Shown in pieces: positions 30,744 through 41,208 of a stretch of DNA of 64,000 nt (positions are counted from its first letter, which is position 1; every line of letters begins with the position of its first letter). A program made the translations under genes and the position numbers. The stretch is from positions 12,776 through 76,775 of the forward strand of contig JAYKJF010000132.1 in the NCBI GenBank assembly GCA_035285785.1, read 5' to 3'. A model generated the notes under the pieces. That model searched no databases and was not told the origin of the DNA. It saw only the letters and a list, made by a program, of their open reading frames with translations. The DNA is from Cyanobacteriota bacterium (GTDB lineage: Bacteria > Cyanobacteriota > Cyanobacteriia > PCC-6307 > Cyanobiaceae).

Positions 30744-31765
30744 GAGATCTTCGGCTCGATCAGGTGACCCGGCAGGTGGAGGGCAGAACCCTGCTGAATC
30801 GCCTTGATCTGCGTGTGGCGGAGGGGGAATGTGTGGCCCTGCTGGGCCCGAGCGGTTGTGGAAAAACCACCACCCTGCGTGTGGTGGCCGGGCTGGATTC
30901 GCTCTCCTCAGGCCGCATTGTTCTCGACGGCCAGGACATCAGCCAAATGGATCCGGGCCAGCGTCGGGTGGGCATGGTGTTTCAGAGCTACGCCCTCTAT
31001 CCCCACCTGAACGTGGCGGAGAATCTCACCCTTGGATTGCGGATCCGAGGGGTTTCGGGTAGCGAAAGGGAGGAGCGGCTTGGCCAGATCCTGGGCCTGT
31101 TGCAGCTGGAGGACGTGCGCCTGCGGCGCCCCTCCCAGCTCTCGGGCGGCCAGCGCCAGAGGGTGGCTCTGGGCCGGGCCCTGCTCCGCCAGCCCCGCCT
31201 GATGCTTCTGGATGAACCGATGAGCAATCTGGATGCCCAGCTCCGGGAGGAGCTGCGCCCCGAGTTGCGACGCCTGCTGATCAGCGGTGGCCACCCCGTG
31301 CTCTACGTCACCCATGATCAGCAGGAAGCCGTGGGTTTGGCCGATCGCATCGCGGTGCTGGATCAGGGTCGCCTCCAACAGGTGGGAGAGCCCCAGGACC
31401 TCCATCGCAACCCCGCCAATCGCTTTGTCGCGTCCTTCATCGGCCGTCCTGCCATCAACCTGTTCCCCCCCCAGGGGGGGCACCAGCTGGCGGTCCGTCC
31501 GGAACATCTCCACATCCAGGAGCACGACGGGTTCCCTGCCCAGCTCCTGCGCGCTGAGTGGAGTGGAACCCAGCAGGTGCTCTGGTTGGAGAGCGCTGCT
31601 GGTCTGCTGCGCATGCTGTGGCCGGCGGCCACCACCCCACCGTCCGGGCTTCGGGTGGGATGGCATCCGGATGATGCCCTGGCCTTTGAGGAGCGTACGG
31701 GGTTGCGGCTGCCCTGCTGCGAGCCAGCCTGGAGCCGTGATTTGATAAGGTCACTACAGCAATAA
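30740..31765 (+). CDS. MalK-like ABC ATPase
   Basis: [39 protein letters not shown]. Confidence 0.93.
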   Translation: MRDLRLDQVTRQVEGRTLLNRLDLRVAEGECVALLGPSGCGKTTTLRVVAGLDSLSSGRIVLDGQDISQMDPGQRRVGMVFQSYALYPHLNVAENLTLGLRIRGVSGSEREERLGQILGLLQLEDVRLRRPSQLSGGQRQRVALGRALLRQPRLMLLDEPMSNLDAQLREELRPELRRLLISGGHPVLYVTHDQQEAVGLADRIAVLDQGRLQQVGEPQDLHRNPANRFVASFIGRPAINLFPPQGGHQLAVRPEHLHIQEHDGFPAQLLRAEWSGTQQVLWLESAAGLLRMLWPAATTPPSGLRVGWHPDDALAFEERTGLRLPCCEPAWSRDLIRSLQQ

Positions 31766-31778
31766 ATGGTTTCTGGTC

Positions 31779-32015
31779 ATGTCACGCGTGTGTGCTCTTA
31801 CCGGTCAGCGCGCCAACAACGGCATGGCTGTCAGCCATTCCCACGTTCGCACCAAGAAGCTGCAGCAGGTGAACCTGCAGAAGCGGCGCCTGTGGTGGGC
31901 TGAGGGCAACCGCTTCATCACCCTGCGGGTGTCCACCCGCACCCTGAAAACGATCCAGAAGCGAGGCCTGGGCCCTTACGCGAAATCCCTCGGGATCAAT
32001 CTGGCCAGCCTTTGA
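31779..32015 (+). CDS. rpmB: 50S ribosomal protein L28
   Basis: [24 protein letters not shown]. Confidence 0.97.
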   Translation: MSRVCALTGQRANNGMAVSHSHVRTKKLQQVNLQKRRLWWAEGNRFITLRVSTRTLKTIQKRGLGPYAKSLGINLASL

Positions 32016-32031
32016 GTCAGGGCCGTCCCGC

Positions 32032-32646
32032 GTGAACCGGCGCACCTTCCTTCGTTTCGTTCCCGGCTCCGTTGCAGCTTCTGCCCTCTATCTGGAGGGA
32101 TGGGGATGGACCCGGGCAGTGGAGGCCATGGGCGGAGTCCTCCCTCCGTTGAAGGCTCCTGCCCCTGGGTTCCAGCTGGCCGGTGTGGCCCCATCGCCCA
32201 CCGGAACAGGTACGCCGATGGATGTCAGCCTCTCTTTGGACGATTTCCGGGGGCGCTGGCTGGTGTTGTACTTCTATCCGAAGGATTTCACGTCCGGTTG
32301 CACCCTCGAAGCGCGGGGTTTCCAGAGGGATCTCGCCTCGTTTCAACAGAACCAGGCGGAGGTTGTGGGGATCAGCACGGATTCCGTTGATAGCCACGGG
32401 TCGTTCTGTGGGGCCGAGGGATTGGCTTACCCCCTCCTGTCAGACCCTGATGGAACGGTCTGCCGTCAGTACGGCTCCTGGTTGACAGGCACGGCCCTGC
32501 GCCACACCTTCCTGATTGATCCCGAAGGACAGCTCCAAGCCCGTTGGGTTGCTGTTCGTCCCCTCGGTCACAGCCAGGAGGTGCTCTCCACCTTGAGCGA
32601 GCTGCAAAACGCTTCCAAGCCAGGTTCGCTTCTCAGCGCGGGCTAG
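32032..32646 (+). CDS. Peroxiredoxin (BCP/PrxQ) with Tat-like signal
   Basis: YFYPKDFTSGCTLEA; N-terminal NRRTFL. Confidence 0.92.
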   Translation: MNRRTFLRFVPGSVAASALYLEGWGWTRAVEAMGGVLPPLKAPAPGFQLAGVAPSPTGTGTPMDVSLSLDDFRGRWLVLYFYPKDFTSGCTLEARGFQRDLASFQQNQAEVVGISTDSVDSHGSFCGAEGLAYPLLSDPDGTVCRQYGSWLTGTALRHTFLIDPEGQLQARWVAVRPLGHSQEVLSTLSELQNASKPGSLLSAG

Positions 32647-33991
32647 CGGTGTTCACGAGATCGCCTGAGGGTTGGCGGACGGTGGGGAACATCTCTGCCA
32701 TCTGATCGAGGAATGTGCCCACGATCGGCTCGTGGTGGTAGGGGACCAGCAAGGGGCTCTGGGCGAGAAAGGGGGCCTGATAGCACCGTGTTTGAACGGC
32801 CATCTGGAAGAACTGACCGGCCAGATCCCGTTGGCCCAACACCATGGCGGTGAGCCCCCAAAGACACGCCATTCCAAGGTGTCCCTCTCTCCCGCAGGCG
32901 GAGGCCTGATGCAGGAGGGCCTCGGCTCTGGAGGCCTGTCCCACTCTGGCGAACACATAGGCCACTGCTGCTTGAAAGCCTTGAAAAGGCCCACCCATCT
33001 GGGTGCAGTGGCTCAGGCTTTTCAGCGCTGCTGCCCGGTCTTCCGCATGGGCATGCAGCACCGCCAGGAACAGGTGGGTGGAAGGAAGGAAGCCGTCGAT
33101 GCGGAGTTGGCCCTCCAACATCTCGATTGCAGGCTTGGTTTGACCCAGGTGGAAGGTGAGCTGGGCCGCCAGGGTCCAGCCTGTGGGGAGAGCGCCATCG
33201 AGCTGGGGTTCCAGCAATTTCAGCCCCTCATCCGCCCGACCGCAGGCCAGGAGGTGGCGCACCCAACTCAGCATGGGAACGCCGTAGCCCAGCTGGTCCG
33301 GCAACCAGCTGGCAAAAATCCCGTCTGCCTGGGCCGGTTGCCAGTGCACGAGGGAGATGGTTTCGGCGCGAAGAGCAAACAGATCGGCCGTTGGGGCTTC
33401 AAGTTGTTCCGCCCGGCGAAGAAGTCTCTCCACCTCCGTGCCGACAGCCCGGCTTCCGAGCAGCCCCCAACGGCAGCGGTTGAGCTGAACGGAAACAAGG
33501 GCGAGCAACGCTTCGCAAAACTCTGGTGATTTCTCTAGACAGCGCTGCAGCATGTCGTGGGACCGCTCCAGCTGCTGGGGATCGAAATGGCGGGAGGCGA
33601 CCCGCGCCTCGAAGTAGTACTCCAGGGCCAGGGGACATGGGCTGGTGAGGGTGGTCTCCCGACGCTGTTCCTTCTCTGCGGGGATCAGGCTCACGGGGGC
33701 GGAGAACACATAGCCGCTGCCATAGCTGGTGCTGATCACCGCGCTGCCGAGAGGCCCCCCATCGAAGACCTGACGCAAACTGTGCACGGCGCGCGCCAGA
33801 CTGACATCACTGACTTTGGTATGGCCCCAGACCTGCTCAAACAGCTGGGCGCGCTCAATCAATTGCCCGGCTCGGGCCACAAAACACAACAACAATTTGC
33901 GTTGTAGTGGGCTCAGGGAAATCACTTGAGTCCCAAGGCGAAGTACGCCATCTGGACTGAGGAGATAGGGTCCAATCTGCCAGTGGTTCAC
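32633..33991 (-). CDS. OmpR/CadC-type winged-helix protein with helical TPR-like C-terminus
   Basis: LSPLQRKLL..GQLIERAQLFEQVW..SLARAVHSLR..ISTSYGSGYVF; helical remainder; GTG start inferred. Confidence 0.8.
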   Translation of the reverse strand: MNHWQIGPYLLSPDGVLRLGTQVISLSPLQRKLLLCFVARAGQLIERAQLFEQVWGHTKVSDVSLARAVHSLRQVFDGGPLGSAVISTSYGSGYVFSAPVSLIPAEKEQRRETTLTSPCPLALEYYFEARVASRHFDPQQLERSHDMLQRCLEKSPEFCEALLALVSVQLNRCRWGLLGSRAVGTEVERLLRRAEQLEAPTADLFALRAETISLVHWQPAQADGIFASWLPDQLGYGVPMLSWVRHLLACGRADEGLKLLEPQLDGALPTGWTLAAQLTFHLGQTKPAIEMLEGQLRIDGFLPSTHLFLAVLHAHAEDRAAALKSLSHCTQMGGPFQGFQAAVAYVFARVGQASRAEALLHQASACGREGHLGMACLWGLTAMVLGQRDLAGQFFQMAVQTRCYQAPFLAQSPLLVPYHHEPIVGTFLDQMAEMFPTVRQPSGDLVNTASPR

Positions 33992-34106
33992 GTGACAAGG
34001 TGCCTTTGCAAGACGGTAAACCACTTTTTTTGCTGAGGCACCCATTCGTTGTTGTGTTTTGCACTTTCTCGGTGTTGCGACAACAAACGCAACTGGAAGG
34101 ATGGGC

Positions 34107-35171
34107 CTACCCAGGCTCGGCCATTCCTTGATGCAGGGTGCCGCGATGCACAGCGGCCTGCTGGCGCAAAGCCTGGATGGGCGCCTCCGGCGGAGCCTGG
34201 TCGAGCTGCTGCAGCCACTCGTCCGCCAGCTGCTCCCGGGGCGGGGTCTCCAGATCCTGAAGGGGGCATCCCAGGGAGCGGGCGACAGCCGCCACCTTGG
34301 GGTCGTAGCTCAAGGCAGCAACGGGACTTCCCGCCAGAGCCGCCAGAATCAGCCCATGCAGCCGCATCGCCACCACCAGACCGGCCTCCGAAAACAGGGT
34401 CATGGCTTCGTTGGGGTCTGCCACCTCCACCTCCCGGCTGCGCTCCAGCAGGAGCTTCGGCACTGGGCCAACCTGCTGCAGGCGTTGGAGAAGGTGCCGA
34501 TCCTGCATCCGGTGAAAGGGAAGCCACACCAGCTCCCGTCCCGAGCGCTCCGCGACAGCGGTCAGGGCCTCCAGGTAGGGATGCCAACCGTTGGGGTCGA
34601 GCGACTTGAGCGGGCGCCAGCACAGAACGATGGGCCCCTTGGCGCCCCTCCAGGGCCGTTGGGGATATCCCCACACGGGGTCGCTGCCGACGGCATGGTT
34701 TCGGCTGCCCAGGCGCCTGGCCAGCAAGGCCGAGGCTTCATCCCGCCAGCTGATGGCGCTGGCCAGGGGCAATGCGCCCCGCACCAGCAGCCTGCTGATG
34801 GGCCGCCGCAGGGGACCCAGTCCCTGGCCCCAGAGCAGCACGGGCTTTCCCTGCAGCCGGGCCGTCAGCATCAGCAGGATGTAGTACACCAGGCTCTGGA
34901 AGCTTGTGGCGTCCTGCAACAGGCTGCCGCCGCCAAGCAACAGGGCATCGCAGGACCGGAGCGCCCCCATCACCTCCATGAGACTCCTGCGGTTGCAGGT
35001 GTCCACTCCGAACCGACGCCGCACCCACGGTTCGTCGTGGGCCGTCACCAGCGGCTCCGTTTCCGGGGGAAGGGACCCGAGCAACACCTCCAGCAGGGCA
35101 TCATCGCCAAGGTTGTGTTCCCCGTAGTACCCGCAGATCAGGGGTCGGCGATGTCTGCCCGTCCTTGCCAT
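34107..35171 (-). CDS. csaB: Polysaccharide pyruvyl transferase CsaB
   Basis: GYYGEHNLGDD, GGGSLLQD, QGLGP, MRLHGLI, SYDPKV. Confidence 0.93.
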   Translation of the reverse strand: MARTGRHRRPLICGYYGEHNLGDDALLEVLLGSLPPETEPLVTAHDEPWVRRRFGVDTCNRRSLMEVMGALRSCDALLLGGGSLLQDATSFQSLVYYILLMLTARLQGKPVLLWGQGLGPLRRPISRLLVRGALPLASAISWRDEASALLARRLGSRNHAVGSDPVWGYPQRPWRGAKGPIVLCWRPLKSLDPNGWHPYLEALTAVAERSGRELVWLPFHRMQDRHLLQRLQQVGPVPKLLLERSREVEVADPNEAMTLFSEAGLVVAMRLHGLILAALAGSPVAALSYDPKVAAVARSLGCPLQDLETPPREQLADEWLQQLDQAPPEAPIQALRQQAAVHRGTLHQGMAEPG

Positions 35172-35251
35172 GGCCCTCACGCCGTTGTCTGAAGTTAAAG
35201 GGGCGGCTTGCTTGAATTGCGCGATGGCCCCCTTGGAGTGTGTCCCCTTCC

Positions 35252-35587
35252 ATGCATGCCCTCTCCCTCGGCACCTGGTGGATCCACATCACCTCTGTCC
35301 TGGAATGGTTGCTGGCGATCTTCGCGGTTCAGGCCTACGGCCGCCACCGCCATGAATCGGCCTGGCGTTGGTTGGCCCTGGCCATGCTTCCAGCCTTGGT
35401 GAGCGCCATGGCCGCCTGCACCTGGCATGTGTTCGACAACTCCATGGACCTCCAGGGTCTGGTGGTGCTGCAGGCCGCTTGCACGCTCCTGGGAAACATG
35501 GCCCTGGCGCTGGCGGCCTGGTGGTTGCTGCAGCAGCAGAAACGGGCCGATGCCCGCTCCCGGTCGACGGAGAGTCCATGGACCTAG
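35252..35587 (+). CDS. DUF2499 / Ycf49-like membrane protein
   Basis: MHALSLGTWWIH..SVLEW..MLPALVSAMAACTWH. Confidence 0.88.
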   Translation: MHALSLGTWWIHITSVLEWLLAIFAVQAYGRHRHESAWRWLALAMLPALVSAMAACTWHVFDNSMDLQGLVVLQAACTLLGNMALALAAWWLLQQQKRADARSRSTESPWT

Positions 35588-35916
35588 CCCTTCCCCTCGC
35601 CACGGTGGAAGGGGTTCCCCTGGCCGGCTTGGCCGGACTGGATCCCGGCCCCTTGTTTGTGCTTTCCCTGCTCCCCTACCTGGCCTTCCTCTACTGGGCC
35701 TCCCGGATCCGTGGTTTCCCCCGCCTGTCCCTTCTCGGGTTCCAGCTCACCCTTCTGTTCGTGGCGGTCACCATCGCCGCTTCAATCCTGGCTCAACAGC
35801 GCTATGGAGCGTTGCTCGCCAATGTGGATGGGCTTCACGGTGGGGCCGAAGCCTTTCTCACCCTCAGCAATCTGCTGGTGCTGATGGGTTTTCTTGGCCG
35901 CAAAGGAGAACGCTGA
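35578..35916 (+). CDS. DUF3593 membrane protein
   Basis: LFVLSLLPYLAFL..LANVDGLHGGAEAFLTLSN; usual partner of DUF2499. Confidence 0.87.
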   Translation: MDLALPLATVEGVPLAGLAGLDPGPLFVLSLLPYLAFLYWASRIRGFPRLSLLGFQLTLLFVAVTIAASILAQQRYGALLANVDGLHGGAEAFLTLSNLLVLMGFLGRKGER

Positions 35917-35918
35917 CT

Positions 35919-37082
35919 GTGGCTTCACTGCGTTTCCGGTCGTCGCGTCTCTCCTCCGGGATCGGGGCCTTCGCCGTCCTGCTCCTGATCAGCCTCACGA
36001 ACCCTCCAGCCTGGCCCCAGTCGGGGGGGCGGGTGTGGCGTGTGGGGGTGGTGGATGGGGCCCATCCCTGCACATTTCGAGACGATGGGGTCTGGAAAGG
36101 GATGGCGCTGGATCTGTGGACGCGGGTGGCCACGGAGGAGAAACTGCCATTCATCCTCGAGGATTGGCCCAACCTCGGTGCCCTTCTTCAGGCCACCCGG
36201 GAGAACAAGGTGGATGTGGCTGTGGGCTGCATCAACCTTTCGCCGGAGCGGATTGCCACCACCGGGTTTTCCCTCCCGTTCCAGGAGGACGGCCTGGCCG
36301 TGCTGGCGCTCCAGACCCCGCTGGATCTGGGGAAGGCTTTTCTGGGCAGTCTGCTGCGGCCCCCCCTGCTCCTCCTGCTCAGTGGCTTTCTTCTCTCCAT
36401 AGGGGTGTTGAGCCTGCTCACCTGGCGCGTGGAGGGCCACTCCACCTCTTCCGACACCCTGCGGATGGGGGGCCTGCGCAGCTTCGCCAGAATTTTCCAG
36501 ATCCTGGCCACGGGCCCCGGCAGCAACACCATCGTCGAAACCACCCGTGGGCATGGGTTGGTGTTACTGGCCTATCTGGTGCGCATCGTTTCTGCTTCTC
36601 TGCTGGTGGGCTACCTCACCGTTGCGGTGGTGGAGGAAACCCGCCGGCGATCGGCCGAATCCCTGAACAGCCTGGAGGATCTCCGGGGGCGGCGGGTGGC
36701 TGCGCGGCCCGGCAGCATCAGCGCCACCCTGTTGCAGGAGATGAACCAGCAAAGCGGGTTCCGGCCCGTTCAAGTGGTGGCCATGCCGCGGGTGGATCAG
36801 GCCATCCCTCTGCTGCAGCAACAGAAGGTGGACGCTGTTCTGGCGGATGAATTGCAGCTGTCCTATGCCATCAGCCGCCACCCTCGCTCCAGAGCCATGC
36901 CCACCCTGGTGCTGCGGGGGGTGCGTCCGGAGTCGCAGGGGTTCGCGTTCTCCCCCCAGCTTCCAGACACCATGGCCCTGCGCATTGATCTGGCCGTCAG
37001 CCGGTTGAAGCGCTCCGGCGCGGTGACCCAATTGCGTGAGGAAGCCCTGCGTCCCCCAGCCAAGCGAACCACTGCCGACTGA
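35919..37082 (+). CDS. Family-3 substrate-binding / ligand-gated ion channel-like protein (GluR0 architecture)
   Basis: SBP half (GMALDLW, VDVAVGCINLSPER), TM, pore-like segment, TM, second SBP half (LEDLRGRRV, VDAVLAD); GTG preceded by AAGGAG. Confidence 0.8.
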   Translation: MASLRFRSSRLSSGIGAFAVLLLISLTNPPAWPQSGGRVWRVGVVDGAHPCTFRDDGVWKGMALDLWTRVATEEKLPFILEDWPNLGALLQATRENKVDVAVGCINLSPERIATTGFSLPFQEDGLAVLALQTPLDLGKAFLGSLLRPPLLLLLSGFLLSIGVLSLLTWRVEGHSTSSDTLRMGGLRSFARIFQILATGPGSNTIVETTRGHGLVLLAYLVRIVSASLLVGYLTVAVVEETRRRSAESLNSLEDLRGRRVAARPGSISATLLQEMNQQSGFRPVQVVAMPRVDQAIPLLQQQKVDAVLADELQLSYAISRHPRSRAMPTLVLRGVRPESQGFAFSPQLPDTMALRIDLAVSRLKRSGAVTQLREEALRPPAKRTTAD

Positions 37083-37179
37083 AGGCCGGGCGTCGGTTCA
37101 GTCGGTTCAATGAAAAAGTCTTACGGCCTGGTCTTGGGGCTCCCTGAAGCTCGGAAGATGGGTCGACTGCATCGTCATC

Positions 37180-37437
37180 ATGGTTCTTCCGATCCTGGCC
37201 CTGGCCCCCGCCACCGTGTCCTGGTCTCCAAAAGTCGGTTTGGTGATGATCGTGGCGAACGTGATCGCCATTGCCATCGGCAAAGCCACCATCAAGCAAC
37301 CCAATGTGGGTCTGCAGCTGCCCAGCTCCTCCCTTTTCGGCGGCCTGAGCCATGGCGCCATGTTGGGCACCATCAGCCTGGGTCACATCCTGGGCATGGG
37401 AGCCATCCAGGGATTGGCAACCCGCGGGGTTCTCTGA
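37180..37437 (+). CDS. psaK: Photosystem I subunit PsaK
   Basis: WSPKVGLVM..SLGHILGMGAIQGL..GVL. Confidence 0.93.
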   Translation: MVLPILALAPATVSWSPKVGLVMIVANVIAIAIGKATIKQPNVGLQLPSSSLFGGLSHGAMLGTISLGHILGMGAIQGLATRGVL

Positions 37438-37507
37438 AGCCCTACCCACCCCCGCCAGACTGCAGGGGTGGGCAACGCCTGGGAGCCTGAGGGATGAACC
37501 CTCAGGC

Positions 37508-39451
37508 TCAACCCACACGCACAGGTTGGGCCGAAGGTGAGAATCCTTCCGGAACCGCCTGTTCAACTCGGTCGCCGAAATGGGCGAGAATCCTTTCGGC
37601 CATCTGGGGGGGCGTCAGTCCGAGGGCTTCCTTGCTCTGTTCTGGTGTGGCGTGATCCACCAGCACATCGGGGATGCCGATCCGGAACACGGAGGCTTGA
37701 ATGCCTTTGTCGCTGAGGGCTTCCACCACGGCGGCACCAAATCCACCGGGCAGGGCCCCCTCTTCCATGGTCACCACCTTGGTGATCCGCTGCGCCAGGG
37801 GCCCTAGCAGGGCTTCGTCCAGCGGGCGGAGGAAGCGGGCATTCACCACCGTGGCACGCACCCCCTTTTCCTGCAGCAGGCCGGCCGTGGCCATCGCCGG
37901 CGCCACCATCGATCCATAAGCCACGATCAACAGGTCGTCCCCGTCGGTGAGCTGCTCCCCCCGACCGATCTGCAGGGGAAGCCACCCCTCCTCCACCAGT
38001 GGCACCCCCTCTCCCTCCCCGCGGGGGAAGCGAATGGCACATGGACCGTCGTGGGCCAGGGCGGTGACCAGCATCCGTTGCAGCTCAGCCTCATCCTTGG
38101 GTGCCATCACCGTGAAATTGGGCACGGCCCGCAGATAACTGATGTCGTACTGCCCCTGATGGGTGGGACCATCCGCCCCCACAATCCCGGCCCGATCGAG
38201 CACAAAGGTGACCGGGAGCTTCTGGATTCCCACATCGTGGATGAGCTGGTCGTAGGCCCGCTGCAGGAAGGTGCTGTAGATGGCCACGACCGGTCGCAGG
38301 CCTTCGCAGGCCATTCCGGCCGCCATGGTGACGGCGTGCTGCTCAGCGATGCCCACATCGAAATACTGGTCGGGGAGGGCCTTCTCCAGGAGATCGAGAC
38401 CCGTGCCGGTGGCCATGGCCGCCGTGATCCCCACCACCCGGGGATTCTGCTCGCAGATCTTCACGAGGGTTTGTCCAAACACCTTGCTGTAGCTGGGCGG
38501 TTTGGGTTTGCTGGAGGGGTAGGCCTTGCCCGTGCGCAGATCGAAAGCCGATTGGGCGTGATACCCCACCTGGTCGGCCTCGGCATAGGGATAGCCCTTG
38601 CCTTTGGTGGTGGCCACATGCACCAGCACGGGACCCTCGCAGCGATGGGCGTCCTGGAAGGTGCGCACCATGGAGGCGATGTCGTGGCCATCGATCGGGC
38701 CCATGTAGGTGAAGCCCAGCTCCTCAAACACCGCACCCACCTTGGGCACGGCCAGACGGCGCATGCCACCCTTGAGATTCTTGAGCTCGGGGGGCAGCTC
38801 CCCGTGCAGAAAGGGAAGATTGCGGATCGCTTCCTCGGCGTTGTCGGAGAGAAACTGCACCGGTTTGCTCAGCCGCATCCTGTTGAGATGGGTCGAGAGG
38901 GCTCCCACTGGCGGGGAGATTGACATGTCGTTGTCGTTCAGGACCACCAGCAACCGGGTCTTGGGGAGGTGCCCTGCGTGATTGATGGCCTCCAGCGCCA
39001 TGCCGCCCGTCAGGGCTCCGTCGCCGATGACGGCCACGCACTTGAAGGATTCCCCCCTCCGATCCCGGGCCAGGGCCATGCCCAGGGCGGCAGAGATGCT
39101 GGTGGAAGCATGGCCAGCCCCGAAGTGATCAAAGCGGCTTTCGCACCGTTTCAGATAGCCCGCCACTCCCTTCTGCTGGCGCAGGGTTGGAAAATCCCTG
39201 TAGCGGCCCGTGATCATCTTGTGGGGATAGGCCTGGTGCCCCACATCCCACACCACCCGATCCTCATCCAGATCCAGGGTTTGGTACAGGGCCAGGGTGA
39301 GCTCCACAACCCCCAGACCGGGGCCGAGGTGACCTCCGGTGGCGGACACCACTTCCAGATGGCGCTCACGGATCTGGCGGGCAATGGCTTCCAGTTCAGC
39401 GGTGGTCAGACCGTGCAGCTGATTGGGATGGTTCAGCTCACTCAGATGCAT
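37508..39451 (-). CDS. dxs: 1-deoxy-D-xylulose-5-phosphate synthase
   Basis: [43 protein letters not shown]. Confidence 0.98.
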   Translation of the reverse strand: MHLSELNHPNQLHGLTTAELEAIARQIRERHLEVVSATGGHLGPGLGVVELTLALYQTLDLDEDRVVWDVGHQAYPHKMITGRYRDFPTLRQQKGVAGYLKRCESRFDHFGAGHASTSISAALGMALARDRRGESFKCVAVIGDGALTGGMALEAINHAGHLPKTRLLVVLNDNDMSISPPVGALSTHLNRMRLSKPVQFLSDNAEEAIRNLPFLHGELPPELKNLKGGMRRLAVPKVGAVFEELGFTYMGPIDGHDIASMVRTFQDAHRCEGPVLVHVATTKGKGYPYAEADQVGYHAQSAFDLRTGKAYPSSKPKPPSYSKVFGQTLVKICEQNPRVVGITAAMATGTGLDLLEKALPDQYFDVGIAEQHAVTMAAGMACEGLRPVVAIYSTFLQRAYDQLIHDVGIQKLPVTFVLDRAGIVGADGPTHQGQYDISYLRAVPNFTVMAPKDEAELQRMLVTALAHDGPCAIRFPRGEGEGVPLVEEGWLPLQIGRGEQLTDGDDLLIVAYGSMVAPAMATAGLLQEKGVRATVVNARFLRPLDEALLGPLAQRITKVVTMEEGALPGGFGAAVVEALSDKGIQASVFRIGIPDVLVDHATPEQSKEALGLTPPQMAERILAHFGDRVEQAVPEGFSPSAQPVRVG

Positions 39452-39576
39452 CCGCAAACTCACGATCGATCTTCAATCTAGGACTCCCCCACCGGAGAGC
39501 AGCCAAGATCGCGACGTTTTTGCCGGCCAGGACCTGTGATCTGGTGCTGGAGGCCGCCAGTTGCCACACTGAGCCC

Positions 39577-41208
39577 ATGACCCAGACGCCTCCCGTTCCC
39601 CCGGCTTCAGGCCGGATCCCCGAGCCCAGTCCTTACCTGCAGCACATTCTTCGGGCCCGGGTGTACGACGTGGCGATCGAGTCTCCCCTGGATGCGGCGC
39701 CGAACCTGTCGGACCGCCTGGAGAACCGCGTTTTTCTCAAACGGGAGGATCTCCAGCCCGTTTTCAGTTTCAAGCTCCGAGGGGCTTACAACAAGATGGT
39801 GGGTCTCCCCCGCCAGGACCTGGAGCGGGGCGTGATTGCGGCAAGTGCGGGCAACCATGCCCAGGGTGTCGCCCTTGCGGCCCAGAAGCTCGGTTGCCGG
39901 GCCGTGATCGTGATGCCGGTCACCACCCCCCAGGTGAAAGTTCGCTCGGTGGCGGCCCGCGGTGCTGAGGTGGTGCTCCACGGCGACACCTACGACGAGG
40001 CCTATGCCGAAGCGCGGCGCCAGGAGAGTGCCCGTGGGTTGTGCTTCATCCATCCGTTCGACGATCCCGACGTCATTGCCGGCCAAGGGACCATCGCCAT
40101 GGAAATCCTTCGGCAGCTATCCACCCCCCCCGATGGGATCTACGTGGCCGTGGGCGGGGGGGGGCTGATTGCGGGCATCGCTTCCTACGTGAAGAGTCTC
40201 TGGCCCGGCGTGGAGATCATCGGCGTGGAACCCGTGGATGCGGATGCCATGACCCGCTCCCTCGCCCAGGGGGAGCGGGTGAGGCTGGAATCGGTGGGCT
40301 TGTTCGCTGATGGCGTGGCCGTGCGGCAGGTGGGAGCCCACACCTTTGCGCTGGCCCAACGCTATGTGGACCGAATGGTGACGGTGGACACCGATGCGAT
40401 CTGCGCGGCCATCAAGGATGTGTTTGAAGACACGCGCTCGATTCTGGAGCCGGCAGGAGCTTTGGCCATTGCTGGCCTGAAGGCCGACGTGGAGTCTCGA
40501 TCCCTCCGCCACCGCTCCCTGGTGGCGGTGGCCTGTGGCGCCAACATGAATTTCGACCGGCTGGCCTTTGTGGCCGAACGGGCCGAATTGGGAGAAGCCC
40601 GGGAGGCCCTGCTGGCCGTGGAGATCCCTGAACGACCAGGGAGTCTGCGGCATTTCTGCACCCTGTTGGGGCAGCGCAGCCTCACGGAGTTCAGCTATCG
40701 CCTCGCCGACCCGAACGTGGCCCACATCTTTGTGGGGGTGCAGATCAGCGATCGAAGCGACACAGGGCAGCTCATCAGCACCCTGGAATCGGAAGGCTTT
40801 CCCTGCCTGGACCTCACGAACAACGAGCTTGCCAAACTGCATCTCTGCCATATGGTTGGCGGGCGGTTGCCGCGGCCTTCCAATCCGGCGCAGGGGGGGG
40901 CACAAGAGCTTCTCTATCGCTTTGAATTTCCCGAACGTCCTGGTGCCCTCATGGCTTTCGTGAGCGCCTTACATCCCAACTGGAACATCAGCATTTTTCA
41001 CTATCGCAACCATGGTGCCGATGTGGGGCGGATTGTTGTTGGCGTTCAGGTTCCCGAGGACGAACTGAAGGAATGGCAGGATTTTCTCAGCTCCCTTCCT
41101 TATCGTTCTTGGCAGGAAACCGATAATCCGGCCTACAAACTCTTTCTGGGCGCCTGCAGCCCCTACTCCCTGGAAGCGTTTGCCCCGCAACACCATGCCA
41201 GAAGCTGA
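39577..41208 (+). CDS. ilvA: Threonine ammonia-lyase, biosynthetic
   Basis: KREDLQPVFSFKLRGA, SAGNHAQG, two ACT-like PERPG domains. Confidence 0.97.
   Translation: MTQTPPVPPASGRIPEPSPYLQHILRARVYDVAIESPLDAAPNLSDRLENRVFLKREDLQPVFSFKLRGAYNKMVGLPRQDLERGVIAASAGNHAQGVALAAQKLGCRAVIVMPVTTPQVKVRSVAARGAEVVLHGDTYDEAYAEARRQESARGLCFIHPFDDPDVIAGQGTIAMEILRQLSTPPDGIYVAVGGGGLIAGIASYVKSLWPGVEIIGVEPVDADAMTRSLAQGERVRLESVGLFADGVAVRQVGAHTFALAQRYVDRMVTVDTDAICAAIKDVFEDTRSILEPAGALAIAGLKADVESRSLRHRSLVAVACGANMNFDRLAFVAERAELGEAREALLAVEIPERPGSLRHFCTLLGQRSLTEFSYRLADPNVAHIFVGVQISDRSDTGQLISTLESEGFPCLDLTNNELAKLHLCHMVGGRLPRPSNPAQGGAQELLYRFEFPERPGALMAFVSALHPNWNISIFHYRNHGADVGRIVVGVQVPEDELKEWQDFLSSLPYRSWQETDNPAYKLFLGACSPYSLEAFAPQHHARS

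Noticed and set aside
35427-35918. Long N-terminal extension of the channel-like ORF
   Set aside because: Overlaps the real DUF2499/DUF3593 genes; a better start with an SD exists at 35919
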